Assembly (NCBI GenBank): GCA_035293265.1
Contig: DATDOL010000107.1
Location: 1 to 35,147 of the forward strand
Reading direction: 5' to 3'
DNA length: 35,147 nucleotides
DNA from: Ignavibacteriaceae bacterium
Lineage (GTDB): Bacteria > Bacteroidota > Ignavibacteria > Ignavibacteriales > Ignavibacteriaceae
A model generated the notes under the pieces. The model saw nothing but the letters and a program-made list of their open reading frames with translations, ran no database searches and had not been told where the DNA came from. A program made the translations under genes and the position numbers. Each line of letters begins with the position of its first letter. Position 1 is the stretch's first letter. This document shows positions 1 through 9,304 of this stretch, in pieces.

Positions 1-1
1 T

Positions 2-577
2 CAGGCAGCAATTTGGTTCGAGCAGGAAGTGAATGAAGAGAACGAAAATAGATTAGTTGATCTATGGTTTGATTTGTTCACAAGCTCCGGAGGAAATGAG
101 TCTGATGCCTGGTTTGCTGTTAATGCCAAAGAGAAAAATGAGATTAAAGATTTCCGGCACAAAATTTCTACAAAAGTTAACGAGTTCATCACCTTGAACA
201 ATCTCAGAAAGCTTGGAACAGACACTGCAGTTCCCGGTGATAGGTTTGAAACTTATTATCATCAAACTAAAAAAATGGTTGAACGGGCAGGACTGGATTA
301 TGTTATTTATGGTCACTTTGGAAATTCACATATGCATTTAAATATGCTTCCCAAAAATGAAGCCGAGTTTGAACTGGGAAAGAAAATTTACAATGAGATC
401 TGCTTGCTGGCCATAAAATCCGACGGTACTTTCTCTGCAGAACACGGTGTTGGCAAAAATAAAACTGAATTGTTATTTGAAATGTATGGTAATGAAAATG
501 TTAAAAAGATGGTTGAGCTCAAAAGGAAACTTGATCCGAATATGATTTTGGGGAGTGGAAATATCTTTAAAGTTTAA
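2..577 (+). CDS. FAD-linked oxidase, C-terminal part (GlcD / D-lactate dehydrogenase family); 5' end lies outside the window
   Basis: The frame stays open from position 2, upstream of the GTG at 29. Motifs IYGHFGNSHMHLN and SAEHGVGK match the FAD-oxidase C-terminal domain signatures (GHxGDGNxH, xGEHGxG). Stop codon at 575-577. Confidence 0.8.
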   Translation, partial: QAAIWFEQEVNEENENRLVDLWFDLFTSSGGNESDAWFAVNAKEKNEIKDFRHKISTKVNEFITLNNLRKLGTDTAVPGDRFETYYHQTKKMVERAGLDYVIYGHFGNSHMHLNMLPKNEAEFELGKKIYNEICLLAIKSDGTFSAEHGVGKNKTELLFEMYGNENVKKMVELKRKLDPNMILGSGNIFKV

Positions 578-973
578 TTATAGGCGTACTTCTGAAATAG
601 CTTTATTAACAAGGTTCAGCAAAGCAGATTTCGTAAACGGTTTTGTAATATAATGAGTACATCCGCTTGCCATAATCATCTTTTCATCTTCACGAAGTGC
701 ATAAGCCGTCACTGCTATGACCGGAATAGTTTTGTAGTCATGCAATTTTTTTATTCTCTTTACCAGTTCAAGTCCGCTTAAGCCTTTTCCTAGATTTATA
801 TCCATTAACACAGCAGAATATTTTTTGCTTCCGAGTTTATTTATGGCTTCCTGGGCATCAGATGCAGCATCAATTTCAAACGAATTTTTTAAAAACATAA
901 TAACCAACTCCCGGCTAATGTCATCATCTTCCACATAAAGAATAGTAGGGATTATGTTTTTTTGCTTAGTCAA
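578..973 (-). CDS. Stand-alone response regulator, receiver (CheY-like) domain only
   Basis: 131 aa with canonical receiver landmarks: YVEDDD, VLMDINL (phospho-acceptor Asp), IAVTA, KPF. No output domain. Its stop codon abuts the stop of the convergent oxidase gene. Confidence 0.85.
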   Translation of the reverse strand: MTKQKNIIPTILYVEDDDISRELVIMFLKNSFEIDAASDAQEAINKLGSKKYSAVLMDINLGKGLSGLELVKRIKKLHDYKTIPVIAVTAYALREDEKMIMASGCTHYITKPFTKSALLNLVNKAISEVRL

Positions 974-1015
974 TTATTTTCTTCCGGGATGAATCGGTTT
1001 AATCCTTAATTTCAA

Positions 1016-2428
1016 TTAATTTTTTTTATACGTGGTACCTTCTTTAGAGTCCTGCAGCATAATTCCCATTTCTCCAAGCTTATTTCTTATCTCATCAGAT
1101 AGTTTATAATTTTTATTTTTCTTTGCATCAGTTCTGATATTAATTAAAAGCTCAACTAATTTTTTTTCAAGAGCACCGTCAACAACTTCTGCTTTTCTTT
1201 CAAAATCACAAATACCAAAAACACCGGATGCGATTTTGTCTAAAAAGCTTTTCAATTTTTCATAAAAAGATTTGTTGAGATTAGAATTCTCTGCAATAAT
1301 CCTGTTTGATTCTTTAACAAAATCAAAAATCACTGCAACAGCCTGTGCTGAATTGAAATCGTTATCCATCACTTCTTTAAATTTGGATTCAAACACCTGA
1401 ATGTCAAATTCCGGTTCGAAACCACCATTGTTATTTTTCTCAAGCTCAGATTTTATTTTATCAACCAGGTTATCCAGCTTTTCCAATCCTTTTTCGCTCG
1501 AAGCAAGCAATTCATTGCTGAAGTCAATAGGACCGCGGTAATATGCCTGGGCCAGAAACAATCTGATTGCTTCTGCTCTGTATTTCTGAAGCACATCTCT
1601 TGCTGTAAAAAAGTTGCCTAAAGATTTAGACATCTTTTCTTTATTGATATTCAAAAATCCAAGATGAATCCAGTATTTAACAAAAGGCTTGTCATTTGCT
1701 GCTTCACTTTGTGCAATTTCATTTTCGTGATGAGGGAATATCAAATCGTTCCCTCCGATGTGAATATCAAAAGTTTCCCCGAGATGCTTGCAGCTCATCG
1801 CCGAGCATTCGATATGCCAGCCGGGCCTTCCTTTTCCCCAAGGGCTTTCCCAATACGGCTCGCCTTCTTTTGCTTTTTTCCAGAGCGAAAAATCAAGCGG
1901 ATTTTTTTTGGATTCATCTACTTCAACTCTTGCACCTGATTCCAATTCATCAATTTTCTTTCCGCTGAGCATTCCATACTTTTTAAATTTTGAAATATCG
2001 AAAAACACATTTCCGTCAATATTATATGCATATCCCTTATCAATCAGGATTTTTATCATGCTGATGATTTCTTTCACATTTTCAGTTGCAAACGGATAAA
2101 CGTCAGCTTCTAAAATTTTTAATGAACATAAATCTTCAAAGAATGCATTGGAATACTTTTTGGCAACTGTGTCGCTGCTGACTTTTTCTTCAATTGATTT
2201 CTTTATGATTTTGTCATCAATGTCGGTAACATTCATCACAAATCTAACTTTATAACCGCTGTACATCAGGTACCGCCTAATCATATCTGCAGTTATGAAA
2301 GTTCTTGCATTCCCGATATGGAAATAATCGTAAACGGTCGGACCGCAGACATAGACCTTTACTTCAGGAGGATTTAATGGTTCAAACACTTCTTCTTTTT
2401 TTGTCAGTGTATTGTAAATCTTAAGCAT
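1016..2428 (-). CDS. cysS: Cysteinyl-tRNA synthetase
   Basis: 470 aa. Class I signatures HIGN (FHIGNARTF) and KMSKS are present. WHIECSAM and the overall layout are typical of CysRS. Confidence 0.95.
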   Translation of the reverse strand: MLKIYNTLTKKEEVFEPLNPPEVKVYVCGPTVYDYFHIGNARTFITADMIRRYLMYSGYKVRFVMNVTDIDDKIIKKSIEEKVSSDTVAKKYSNAFFEDLCSLKILEADVYPFATENVKEIISMIKILIDKGYAYNIDGNVFFDISKFKKYGMLSGKKIDELESGARVEVDESKKNPLDFSLWKKAKEGEPYWESPWGKGRPGWHIECSAMSCKHLGETFDIHIGGNDLIFPHHENEIAQSEAANDKPFVKYWIHLGFLNINKEKMSKSLGNFFTARDVLQKYRAEAIRLFLAQAYYRGPIDFSNELLASSEKGLEKLDNLVDKIKSELEKNNNGGFEPEFDIQVFESKFKEVMDNDFNSAQAVAVIFDFVKESNRIIAENSNLNKSFYEKLKSFLDKIASGVFGICDFERKAEVVDGALEKKLVELLINIRTDAKKNKNYKLSDEIRNKLGEMGIMLQDSKEGTTYKKN

Positions 2429-2490
2429 TGCTCAATCGGGATAGAGTTATAATTTCAATTATCCAAATATAACTATTTGCGGAGTGTTTA

Positions 2491-3477
2491 TTAAAACGAG
2501 GATTTCAAAGCGGTAATTATAGCTGTCATATCCTGCGGTAATTCAGAATTAAAATACACTTTTTCTTTTTTTATTGGATGGATGAATCCAAGTGTTTTAG
2601 CGTGAAGTGCCTGTCTCGGCATTAGTTTCAGTAAATCCTGAACTATAATTTTAATCTTCGGAATATCCGAACCGAATCGAATCTGTCTTCCTCCGTAAGT
2701 TGGATCACCAAATACAGGTTTTCCAATGCTGGAAAGATGAACTCTTATCTGGTGTGTTCTGCCGGTTTTAAGTTTTAATTTAACATAAGTAGTAAATCCG
2801 AATTCTTCAATGACCTCATAAAATGTTAAAGCTGTTTTTCCATCGACCTTGCTTGTGGTGAATTTTTTTCTGTCCTGTTTGCTTCGAACTATGTTCGATG
2901 AAATTTCACCATTAGGTTTGGGAAATTTTCCCCAGCAAATAGCATGATATTCTCTTTCAACCGAATGTTTTGAAAACTGTTCAGAAAGTTTTGAATGTGT
3001 CCATTCATCTTTTGCTACCACGAGTAAACCGCTTGTGTCTTTGTCGAGCCGGTGAACAATACCGGCTCTTCCCGGTTCATTTAGATTGCTTAATTTTTTT
3101 GTATGATGAAGAAGTGCGTTAACCAGTGTACCTGTATAGTTTGCATAAGCGGGATGAGCAACCATCCCTGCAGGTTTGTTAACCACTAGCAGATACTCAT
3201 CTTCATATACAATATCGAGAGGAATTTCTTCAGCTTCAACATTTTCAGGCCGGGGATTTATAGGATGAACTGCTTCTATTACGTCTAATGGTTTAACCTG
3301 GTAATTTGCTTTAACAAGTTTGCCATTAACTTTAACAAGGTGAGATTCAATCAGCTTTTGTACTTTTGAACGGGTTGCGTTTTCAATCGAGTTGGTTAAA
3401 AAGATATCTATGCGTTCTTTCTTTTTACCTTCCGGTATTTCAAATCTATATTTCTTTTCCTTTATCAGGGTTGTCAT
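2491..3477 (-). CDS. rluD: RluA/RluD-family 23S rRNA pseudouridine synthase with N-terminal S4 domain
   Basis: 328 aa. It has an S4-like N-terminus (RIDIFLTN...SKVQKLI), the catalytic motif HRLDKDTSGLLVVAK, and RTHQIRVH. Confidence 0.9.
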   Translation of the reverse strand: MTTLIKEKKYRFEIPEGKKKERIDIFLTNSIENATRSKVQKLIESHLVKVNGKLVKANYQVKPLDVIEAVHPINPRPENVEAEEIPLDIVYEDEYLLVVNKPAGMVAHPAYANYTGTLVNALLHHTKKLSNLNEPGRAGIVHRLDKDTSGLLVVAKDEWTHSKLSEQFSKHSVEREYHAICWGKFPKPNGEISSNIVRSKQDRKKFTTSKVDGKTALTFYEVIEEFGFTTYVKLKLKTGRTHQIRVHLSSIGKPVFGDPTYGGRQIRFGSDIPKIKIIVQDLLKLMPRQALHAKTLGFIHPIKKEKVYFNSELPQDMTAIITALKSSF

Positions 3478-4141
3478 TGTTCACCACATTCCTTTGACCT
3501 GGTTCATATTCTTCATCCTGAGGTACTACACTTGCGTGATCTTCAACTGAAATTGTTTCTCCGGAAGAAATTTTTACTTCTGCAGCTTTGTTATCATCTT
3601 CTGAATTATGTTGTTTGTAAAATAATATCAGGATCAGCACACCAATTGTAACAGATGCATCTGCAATGTTAAAAATGGGCCACCTGTCGTAGCTTCGACC
3701 CAACAAAGAAAAATTGAAAAAGTCGAAATCAAAAAAATCGACAACCTTTCCATAAAACAAAGGTGCGTAATCAAATAACACTCCGTAGAACATTCGATCT
3801 ACGAGGTTGCCAACTGCTCCTCCAAGGATAAGTGCAATTGCGATTCTTAAACTCAAAGTTTTTTTCTTAACCACAAATAAATAAACTATTAACCCGATAC
3901 TTGCTGCCAGGGAAAAAAGTGAGATGAGCAATTTATAATCCGAACCAGGGTTAAACCCGAATGCCATCCCGGGGTTTTCGATATACGTAATTTTGAAAAA
4001 CTCACCGATTACATTGATTGATTCTCCTAAGTACATTCCATCTAAATTTAAATTGAGAAAAGGAATTTTAATTCCGCGGATGTAAAATTTTGAAAACTGA
4101 TCTAACAAAATAATTGAAAGGGTTATATATATAACTTTCAC
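3446..4141 (-). CDS. lspA: Lipoprotein signal peptidase (signal peptidase II), paralog 2, with an acidic C-terminal tail of about 55 aa
   Basis: 231 aa and multi-TM. Both catalytic-Asp motifs are present: GNLVDR and FNIADA. It starts at a GTG that overlaps the upstream lspA TAG stop by 1 nt. Its 3' end overlaps the rluD start by 32 nt. Confidence 0.8.
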   Translation of the reverse strand: MKVIYITLSIILLDQFSKFYIRGIKIPFLNLNLDGMYLGESINVIGEFFKITYIENPGMAFGFNPGSDYKLLISLFSLAASIGLIVYLFVVKKKTLSLRIAIALILGGAVGNLVDRMFYGVLFDYAPLFYGKVVDFFDFDFFNFSLLGRSYDRWPIFNIADASVTIGVLILILFYKQHNSEDDNKAAEVKISSGETISVEDHASVVPQDEEYEPGQRNVVNNDNPDKGKEI

Positions 4142-4722
4142 TAATTTTCCTCCTGGGCACTGAATGAGTCCTCAGCCCCGGATTCTTTTTTCTTTTTTAA
4201 TAGAAAGTAAATGAATGAAAGAGCACCCAGTGTTATCGCTAAATCCGCAATATTAAAGACGTAAATCCCGATTGTATTATCAAGTATAAAAAGATTTGCA
4301 AATCTTATATCTAAAAAGTCAACCACGCTACCTGATAATATGTTTCCATATCCATAAAACCAGCCGTAAAATATTCTATCGATTAGATTACCAAATGCAC
4401 CGCCTATAATCACAGCAACCGGAAGTCTGATTGAAAGATCCTGGTTTTTAATTGTAAAGAGATAAATAACCAAAGAAGTGCTTGCAATGATTGTAAAAAT
4501 TGAAAAGATTAGTTTAATATCGGGGTGAAGGTCTATACCAAAGGCAATGCCCGGGTTTTCAACAAGAGTTATGTGAAAGAAATTATTTAAAACAGGGATG
4601 CTGTCTCCGTGTTTCAATCCGGAATGATGAAAATCAAGCAGAGTAAAAGTAAAACCTTTTACAAATACTTTAGTAAACTGGTCAGTGAAAATAATTAAAG
4701 CGGATACAAGTAATACTTTCAA
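4141..4722 (-). CDS. lspA: Lipoprotein signal peptidase (signal peptidase II), paralog 1
   Basis: 193 aa and multi-TM. Motifs ENPGIAFG, GNLIDR and FNIADL are present. Confidence 0.85.
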   Translation of the reverse strand: MKVLLVSALIIFTDQFTKVFVKGFTFTLLDFHHSGLKHGDSIPVLNNFFHITLVENPGIAFGIDLHPDIKLIFSIFTIIASTSLVIYLFTIKNQDLSIRLPVAVIIGGAFGNLIDRIFYGWFYGYGNILSGSVVDFLDIRFANLFILDNTIGIYVFNIADLAITLGALSFIYFLLKKKKESGAEDSFSAQEEN

Positions 4723-4779
4723 TATTTTTCCGCAATCAATTCATATTATTTAAAACAGGATTTCTGCTGTTGATTCTGT

Positions 4780-5505
4780 TTATTTCTTTTCCTGTCTCTG
4801 TTTGATAGGTAAACAGTGCTGGCTGTGAGGAACTGCTATAAGCCTTTCCTTTGGAATAAGCGGACAAGTCTCACACAAATGCTGTGGTTCTTCAATGCAT
4901 TCCACACAAATTCCGTAGGTTCCGGCTTCAATTCTTTTCAATGCATCTTCAAGATAGCTTAAGAATTTATTTTCTCTCTGTGCATAAAGAAATGTTTTTT
5001 CTCTTTCCATTGCATCTGTTCCCTGCTCTGCCATATGCAAAGAATACGGGGAATTCTCGTTGATGTATTCCCCGGTTGTAGGATCGAGCATTTGCTCTTT
5101 AAGATTTTGAAGCTGTTCAATTATTTCATCGCGTTTTTCAAGAATAATGCTTTTGAATGATTCTAAATCTTTTTTACTGTAACCTTTGATTTTCTTTATA
5201 GCTCTTGCACGATTTTCTGCAGCCGAAAGTTCTTCGGTTACCGGAGATACTTTTTTAGTATGAATTGCCGAAATCTTGCCGGTTACTTTTTTATGCTCAA
5301 CGTGTAATGTTATTGCTTTTTTAGATGGAGCTTTTTTTGCAGCTACTTTTACGGTGATTTTTTTCTTTACGGAAGTTTTGCCGGTTTTTGATTTTTTTAC
5401 AGTTTTTTTCAATATTTTCCTTTTTGATGGATTTTTTTTTTGTTTTTTATGGACAGCAGTTTTTGCTGATTTCTTAGCAGTCTTCTTTTTATTTTTCTTT
5501 GACAT
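4780..5505 (-). CDS. DksA/TraR-family zinc-finger protein with a long Lys-rich (histone-H1-like) N-terminal extension
   Basis: The C-terminal half has a DksA-like coiled coil plus GTYGIC...IPKERLIAVPH. The first ~95 aa are dominated by K, A, S and T. It sits between ileS and lspA, as TraR/DksA genes do in many FCB-group genomes. Confidence 0.75.
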   Translation of the reverse strand: MSKKNKKKTAKKSAKTAVHKKQKKNPSKRKILKKTVKKSKTGKTSVKKKITVKVAAKKAPSKKAITLHVEHKKVTGKISAIHTKKVSPVTEELSAAENRARAIKKIKGYSKKDLESFKSIILEKRDEIIEQLQNLKEQMLDPTTGEYINENSPYSLHMAEQGTDAMEREKTFLYAQRENKFLSYLEDALKRIEAGTYGICVECIEEPQHLCETCPLIPKERLIAVPHSQHCLPIKQRQEKK

Positions 5506-5523
5506 TCTTCTATCTCCTCATAT

Positions 5524-8500
5524 TTACGAACTTATCTTTTCGATTTTAATGGAGCAGTTATACTCTCCGATTTTCAGTTGTTCAATACCATTAAGGTTAT
5601 TATTCAGCTGAACTTTATTTGCTAAAGTTTCACTTGCAATATAATGAGTAAAAATTTTAATCGCATTCACAAGAATCTCATTTCCGTTATAATCAATATT
5701 TATTTTATCAGTCACATCAAAGCCGGCATCTTTCCGCATATTCTGAACCCTGTTTACGAACTCGCGTGCAAGCCCTTCGGCGATAAGATTTTCATTGAGT
5801 TCAGTATCAAGGGCAACTATAATGCCATTATCACTTTCAACAACCCAATCCTTTATTTCTGCACTTACAATCCCGGCATCATTCTTTGTAATAATGAATT
5901 CCTCTCCGTCAACATTGATGATTACATTTTCATTACGTTCAAGTTTGGTAATTTGCTCTTTGTCAAAGTTTCTTATCAGGTTTGCAACAACGTTTACCTT
6001 TTTACCGAATTTTGGTCCCAATACTTTATAATCGGGTTTCGCCGATTTCTTAACAACTTCCGAATCCTCTTCCAGTACAATTAATTCCTTAATATTTACC
6101 TCTTCAAGAATAACATCCTTCATAAGCCGAAGTGCTTCGCGATTGTTCTTATCCGCCACGACCATAATTTTTTTAAGCGGCTGTCTTACTTTTAAATTTG
6201 CTTTTGCTCTCATTGCACGGGTTATAAAAACAACTTGTTGTGCGATATCCATTTTCAATTCAAGATTTTTATCAATCGTCTTAATTTCAGGAAAATTTGA
6301 TAGATGGATTGATTCAAATTTTTCTTTTTTAGTTTCTGCGTTAAGGTGCTGGTAAACCTCTTCTGATATGAATGGAGCAAAGGGTGCAGTCAATTTACAA
6401 ACAGTGATAATACATTCGTATAAAGTCTGATATGCAGCCAACTTGCTTTTGTTCATCTCCGATTTCCAGAAACGACGTCGGCATCTTCTTACATACCAGT
6501 TTGAAAGATGATCAATGGTGAATGATGATACGGCTCTTGCTGCTTTTGTAACATCGTAATCATTCATAAGATTTTCATATTCGGCAACAAGTGAATTCAG
6601 TTTAGATAATATCCACCTGTCAATTTCTTCTCTTTCATTATAAGCTATATCAGAATCACTGTAGTTGAACCTGTCGATGTTTGCATACAAAGCAAAGAAA
6701 GAATATGTATTGAGCAGTGTTCCAAAAAATTTTCTTTGTACTTCAACAAGACCTTCTTCATCAAATAAAGTTGGACGCCACGGTGGACTGTTTGTAACCA
6801 GATACCATCTTGTTGCATCCGCTCCATATTTATCAAAAAGAACAAACGGATCAACCGTATTTCCTTTTGATTTGGACATCTTCATTCCATTCTTATCAAG
6901 GATCAGTTCATTTACTATTACATTTTTGAATGCAACATTGTCGAACAGCATTGTGGCGATTGCATGCAAAGTATAAAACCAGCCTCTTGTCTGATCAATA
7001 CCTTCACAGATAAAATCTGAGGGAAATGCTTTCTTCTCAAACCATTCTTTATTCTCGAACGGGTAATGATATTGCGCAAACGGCATAGAGCCCGAATCGA
7101 ACCAGGCATCAATCAACTCGGGAGTTCGTTTGTAGATTTTTCCGTTACGCTCAAATAATATTTTATCAACATAAGGCTTATGAAGATCAATGTTACCATA
7201 TTCTTCAACAGAAATTCGCTTACCATTTTCTTCAATGAACCCTTTCTTCAATTCCCCGATGCTGCCGATTGCAATTAAATCTCCATCATCACTAACCCAG
7301 ATTGGTAAAGGTGTTGCCCAAAAGCGGTCCCGTGAAAGAGCCCAGTCTTTGTTTTCCTCCAACCAATTTCCAAATCTTCCTGATCCAATTTCAGGCGGCT
7401 GCCAGTTAATTGTTTTATTCAACTGAACCATTTTATCAGCAATTGCTGTGGTTCTGACAAACCAGGATTCTCTTGCATAATAAATTACGGGAACATTTTC
7501 GTGCCGCCAGCTGAATGGATAAGTGTGAATTATAGTTTCTTTTTTATAGAGTTTGCCTTCCTGTTTTAATTTAATGATTATATCTTTATCCGCATCCTTA
7601 ACAAATTGTCCGGCAAAATCTGTCACCTCTTCTGTAAATAATCCTCCTCTAGTTACAGGCTGAACCATAGGCAGATCATATTTTTTTGAAAGATCATAAT
7701 CATCTGCACCAAATGCAGGTGCAATGTGAACAATACCTGAGCCGTCTTTTGTGCTTACAAAATCTGCAAGACATACATAGAAAGCTTTCTTATTCACTTT
7801 TACATAATTGAAAAGCGGTTCATATTCAATTCCTTCAAGACTGGCTCCTTTCATCTCTTCAAGTATTTCGTATTCACCTTTTGAAATTGAAAGAAGATCC
7901 TTTGCAAGGATTATTTTCTTATCATCGGTTTTTATCTTAACGTAAGTAACTTCTGCACCAACAGCCAGGGCTACGTTTGAAATTAATGTCCAGGGGGTAG
8001 TTGTCCATACAAGGAAATGCTCATCCAGGTTTTTAATTTTGAAAAGAACATAGACAGATGGATCTTTGGTTTCTCTGTAACCCAGTGCAAGTTCATGAGA
8101 TGAAAGTACTGTTTCTGATTGCGGATCCTGCGGAACAATTTTATAATCTTTATAGATTAATCCTTTATCGAATAAAGTTTTTAGCGCCCACCAGACCGAT
8201 TCAATATATTCATTTGTAAGTGTTACGTATGCAGCGTTAAGGTCAATCCAGTAACCCATCCGGGTTGTCATCTTTTCCCATAAATCCAGATATGTAAAAA
8301 CCGATTTGCGGCATGCCTCGTTATACTTTTCAACGCCATATTCTGCAACTTCACTCTTATGCTTTATACCCAAACTTTTTTCAACTTCGATTTCGACAGG
8401 AAGACCGTGAGTATCCCAGCCTGCTTTCCTTTCAACACGAAATCCTTTGAGAGTTTTATAACGGCATACAAGATCTTTTAAAGTACGCGACATTACATGA

Positions 8501-8670
8501 TGGATACCGGGCTTTCCATTAGCTGTAGGAGGTCCTTCATAGAAGTTAAAGAGATTGTTTTCATCTCTTGAAGAAATACTTTTTTCAAATATTTTATTCT
8601 CTTCCCAAAATTTCAGAATGCGTTCTTCAATTTGAGGGTAGCCTGATTTTTCAAGATTTTGTTTAAACAT
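5524..8670 (-). CDS. ileS: Isoleucyl-tRNA synthetase
   Basis: 1048 aa. HIGH-type motif (PPTANGKPGIHHV), KMSKS, the editing-domain region and overall similarity all point to IleRS. Confidence 0.97.
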   Translation of the reverse strand: MFKQNLEKSGYPQIEERILKFWEENKIFEKSISSRDENNLFNFYEGPPTANGKPGIHHVMSRTLKDLVCRYKTLKGFRVERKAGWDTHGLPVEIEVEKSLGIKHKSEVAEYGVEKYNEACRKSVFTYLDLWEKMTTRMGYWIDLNAAYVTLTNEYIESVWWALKTLFDKGLIYKDYKIVPQDPQSETVLSSHELALGYRETKDPSVYVLFKIKNLDEHFLVWTTTPWTLISNVALAVGAEVTYVKIKTDDKKIILAKDLLSISKGEYEILEEMKGASLEGIEYEPLFNYVKVNKKAFYVCLADFVSTKDGSGIVHIAPAFGADDYDLSKKYDLPMVQPVTRGGLFTEEVTDFAGQFVKDADKDIIIKLKQEGKLYKKETIIHTYPFSWRHENVPVIYYARESWFVRTTAIADKMVQLNKTINWQPPEIGSGRFGNWLEENKDWALSRDRFWATPLPIWVSDDGDLIAIGSIGELKKGFIEENGKRISVEEYGNIDLHKPYVDKILFERNGKIYKRTPELIDAWFDSGSMPFAQYHYPFENKEWFEKKAFPSDFICEGIDQTRGWFYTLHAIATMLFDNVAFKNVIVNELILDKNGMKMSKSKGNTVDPFVLFDKYGADATRWYLVTNSPPWRPTLFDEEGLVEVQRKFFGTLLNTYSFFALYANIDRFNYSDSDIAYNEREEIDRWILSKLNSLVAEYENLMNDYDVTKAARAVSSFTIDHLSNWYVRRCRRRFWKSEMNKSKLAAYQTLYECIITVCKLTAPFAPFISEEVYQHLNAETKKEKFESIHLSNFPEIKTIDKNLELKMDIAQQVVFITRAMRAKANLKVRQPLKKIMVVADKNNREALRLMKDVILEEVNIKELIVLEEDSEVVKKSAKPDYKVLGPKFGKKVNVVANLIRNFDKEQITKLERNENVIINVDGEEFIITKNDAGIVSAEIKDWVVESDNGIIVALDTELNENLIAEGLAREFVNRVQNMRKDAGFDVTDKINIDYNGNEILVNAIKIFTHYIASETLANKVQLNNNLNGIEQLKIGEYNCSIKIEKISS

Positions 8671-8693
8671 TTTTATTAATTAGTTACTGACTC

Positions 8694-9302
8694 TTAAAGT
8701 TCTTCGTATCTTTTCAGCAGTTCGCGTTCAGTCTGAATAAATTCTTTCAACTCATTTTCAATTCTTTCTTTCTTCAGGATAGTATTTTTCGATTTAATTT
8801 CTGCATCGCTTATTATTTTTTCAGCTTTTAGATTTGCTTCCTTCAAAATTATCTCTGCTTGTTTTTTTAAATCTTCTGCAACAGCTTCAAGAAATTTCAC
8901 TTTTTCTCTTAGCATCAAAACTTCAGTTTCTCCCATAACGGTTTCCTGTATTGCCATTCCAAAAATTCCCATTGCACCCAAAGCGATATTCCGAAGACTG
9001 TAAAGAATAAGATTCTCAGTGAGCAGTTCGTTTGCACCGAAGTAATCACTGAAAAAAATTATAAATACAATGCTGATAAATGTAACAGAGATCAATACAG
9101 CAAAAACCACTTTCCCTCCAAACTGCCAGCCGAGTGTTCTGTTGATATACCAGCCGCAGGCAAAGCAGAGAACAGAAAGCACAAACCAGACTGCAAAATT
9201 CTTTTCACCAAAATTGAACAAATCTGTATTCAGAAAATTTGATGCAAAGACAAGCATTCCTAATAACAACGGGACAGTGTAGCGAGTAATTGTTTTTTTC
9301 AT
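8694..9302 (-). CDS. Hypothetical membrane protein (about 4 TM) with a C-terminal coiled coil
   Basis: 202-aa ORF with hydrophobic segments in the first ~120 aa, then a K/E-rich heptad-like region. It sits only 23 nt upstream of ileS. I do not recognise a family. Confidence 0.5.
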   Translation of the reverse strand: MKKTITRYTVPLLLGMLVFASNFLNTDLFNFGEKNFAVWFVLSVLCFACGWYINRTLGWQFGGKVVFAVLISVTFISIVFIIFFSDYFGANELLTENLILYSLRNIALGAMGIFGMAIQETVMGETEVLMLREKVKFLEAVAEDLKKQAEIILKEANLKAEKIISDAEIKSKNTILKKERIENELKEFIQTERELLKRYEEL

Positions 9303-9304
9303 GA

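Noticed and set aside
1664-2099. Three overlapping plus-strand ORFs (90-103 aa) inside cysS
   Set aside because: They are antisense to a gene with unambiguous CysRS motifs. Their low-complexity, Phe/Ser/Pro-rich translations are typical of the reverse frame of an AT-rich gene.
5276-5611. 111-aa plus-strand ORF rich in Phe
   Set aside because: It is the antisense reading of the AAG/AAA-rich Lys tail of the DksA-like gene, where poly-Lys codons read as poly-Phe. It also spans the gene boundary into ileS.
5644-7426. Several plus- and minus-strand ORFs of 64-146 aa within ileS
   Set aside because: All lie within, antisense to, or out of frame with the 1048-aa IleRS gene, which is supported by motifs along its whole length. 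None has recognisable domains.
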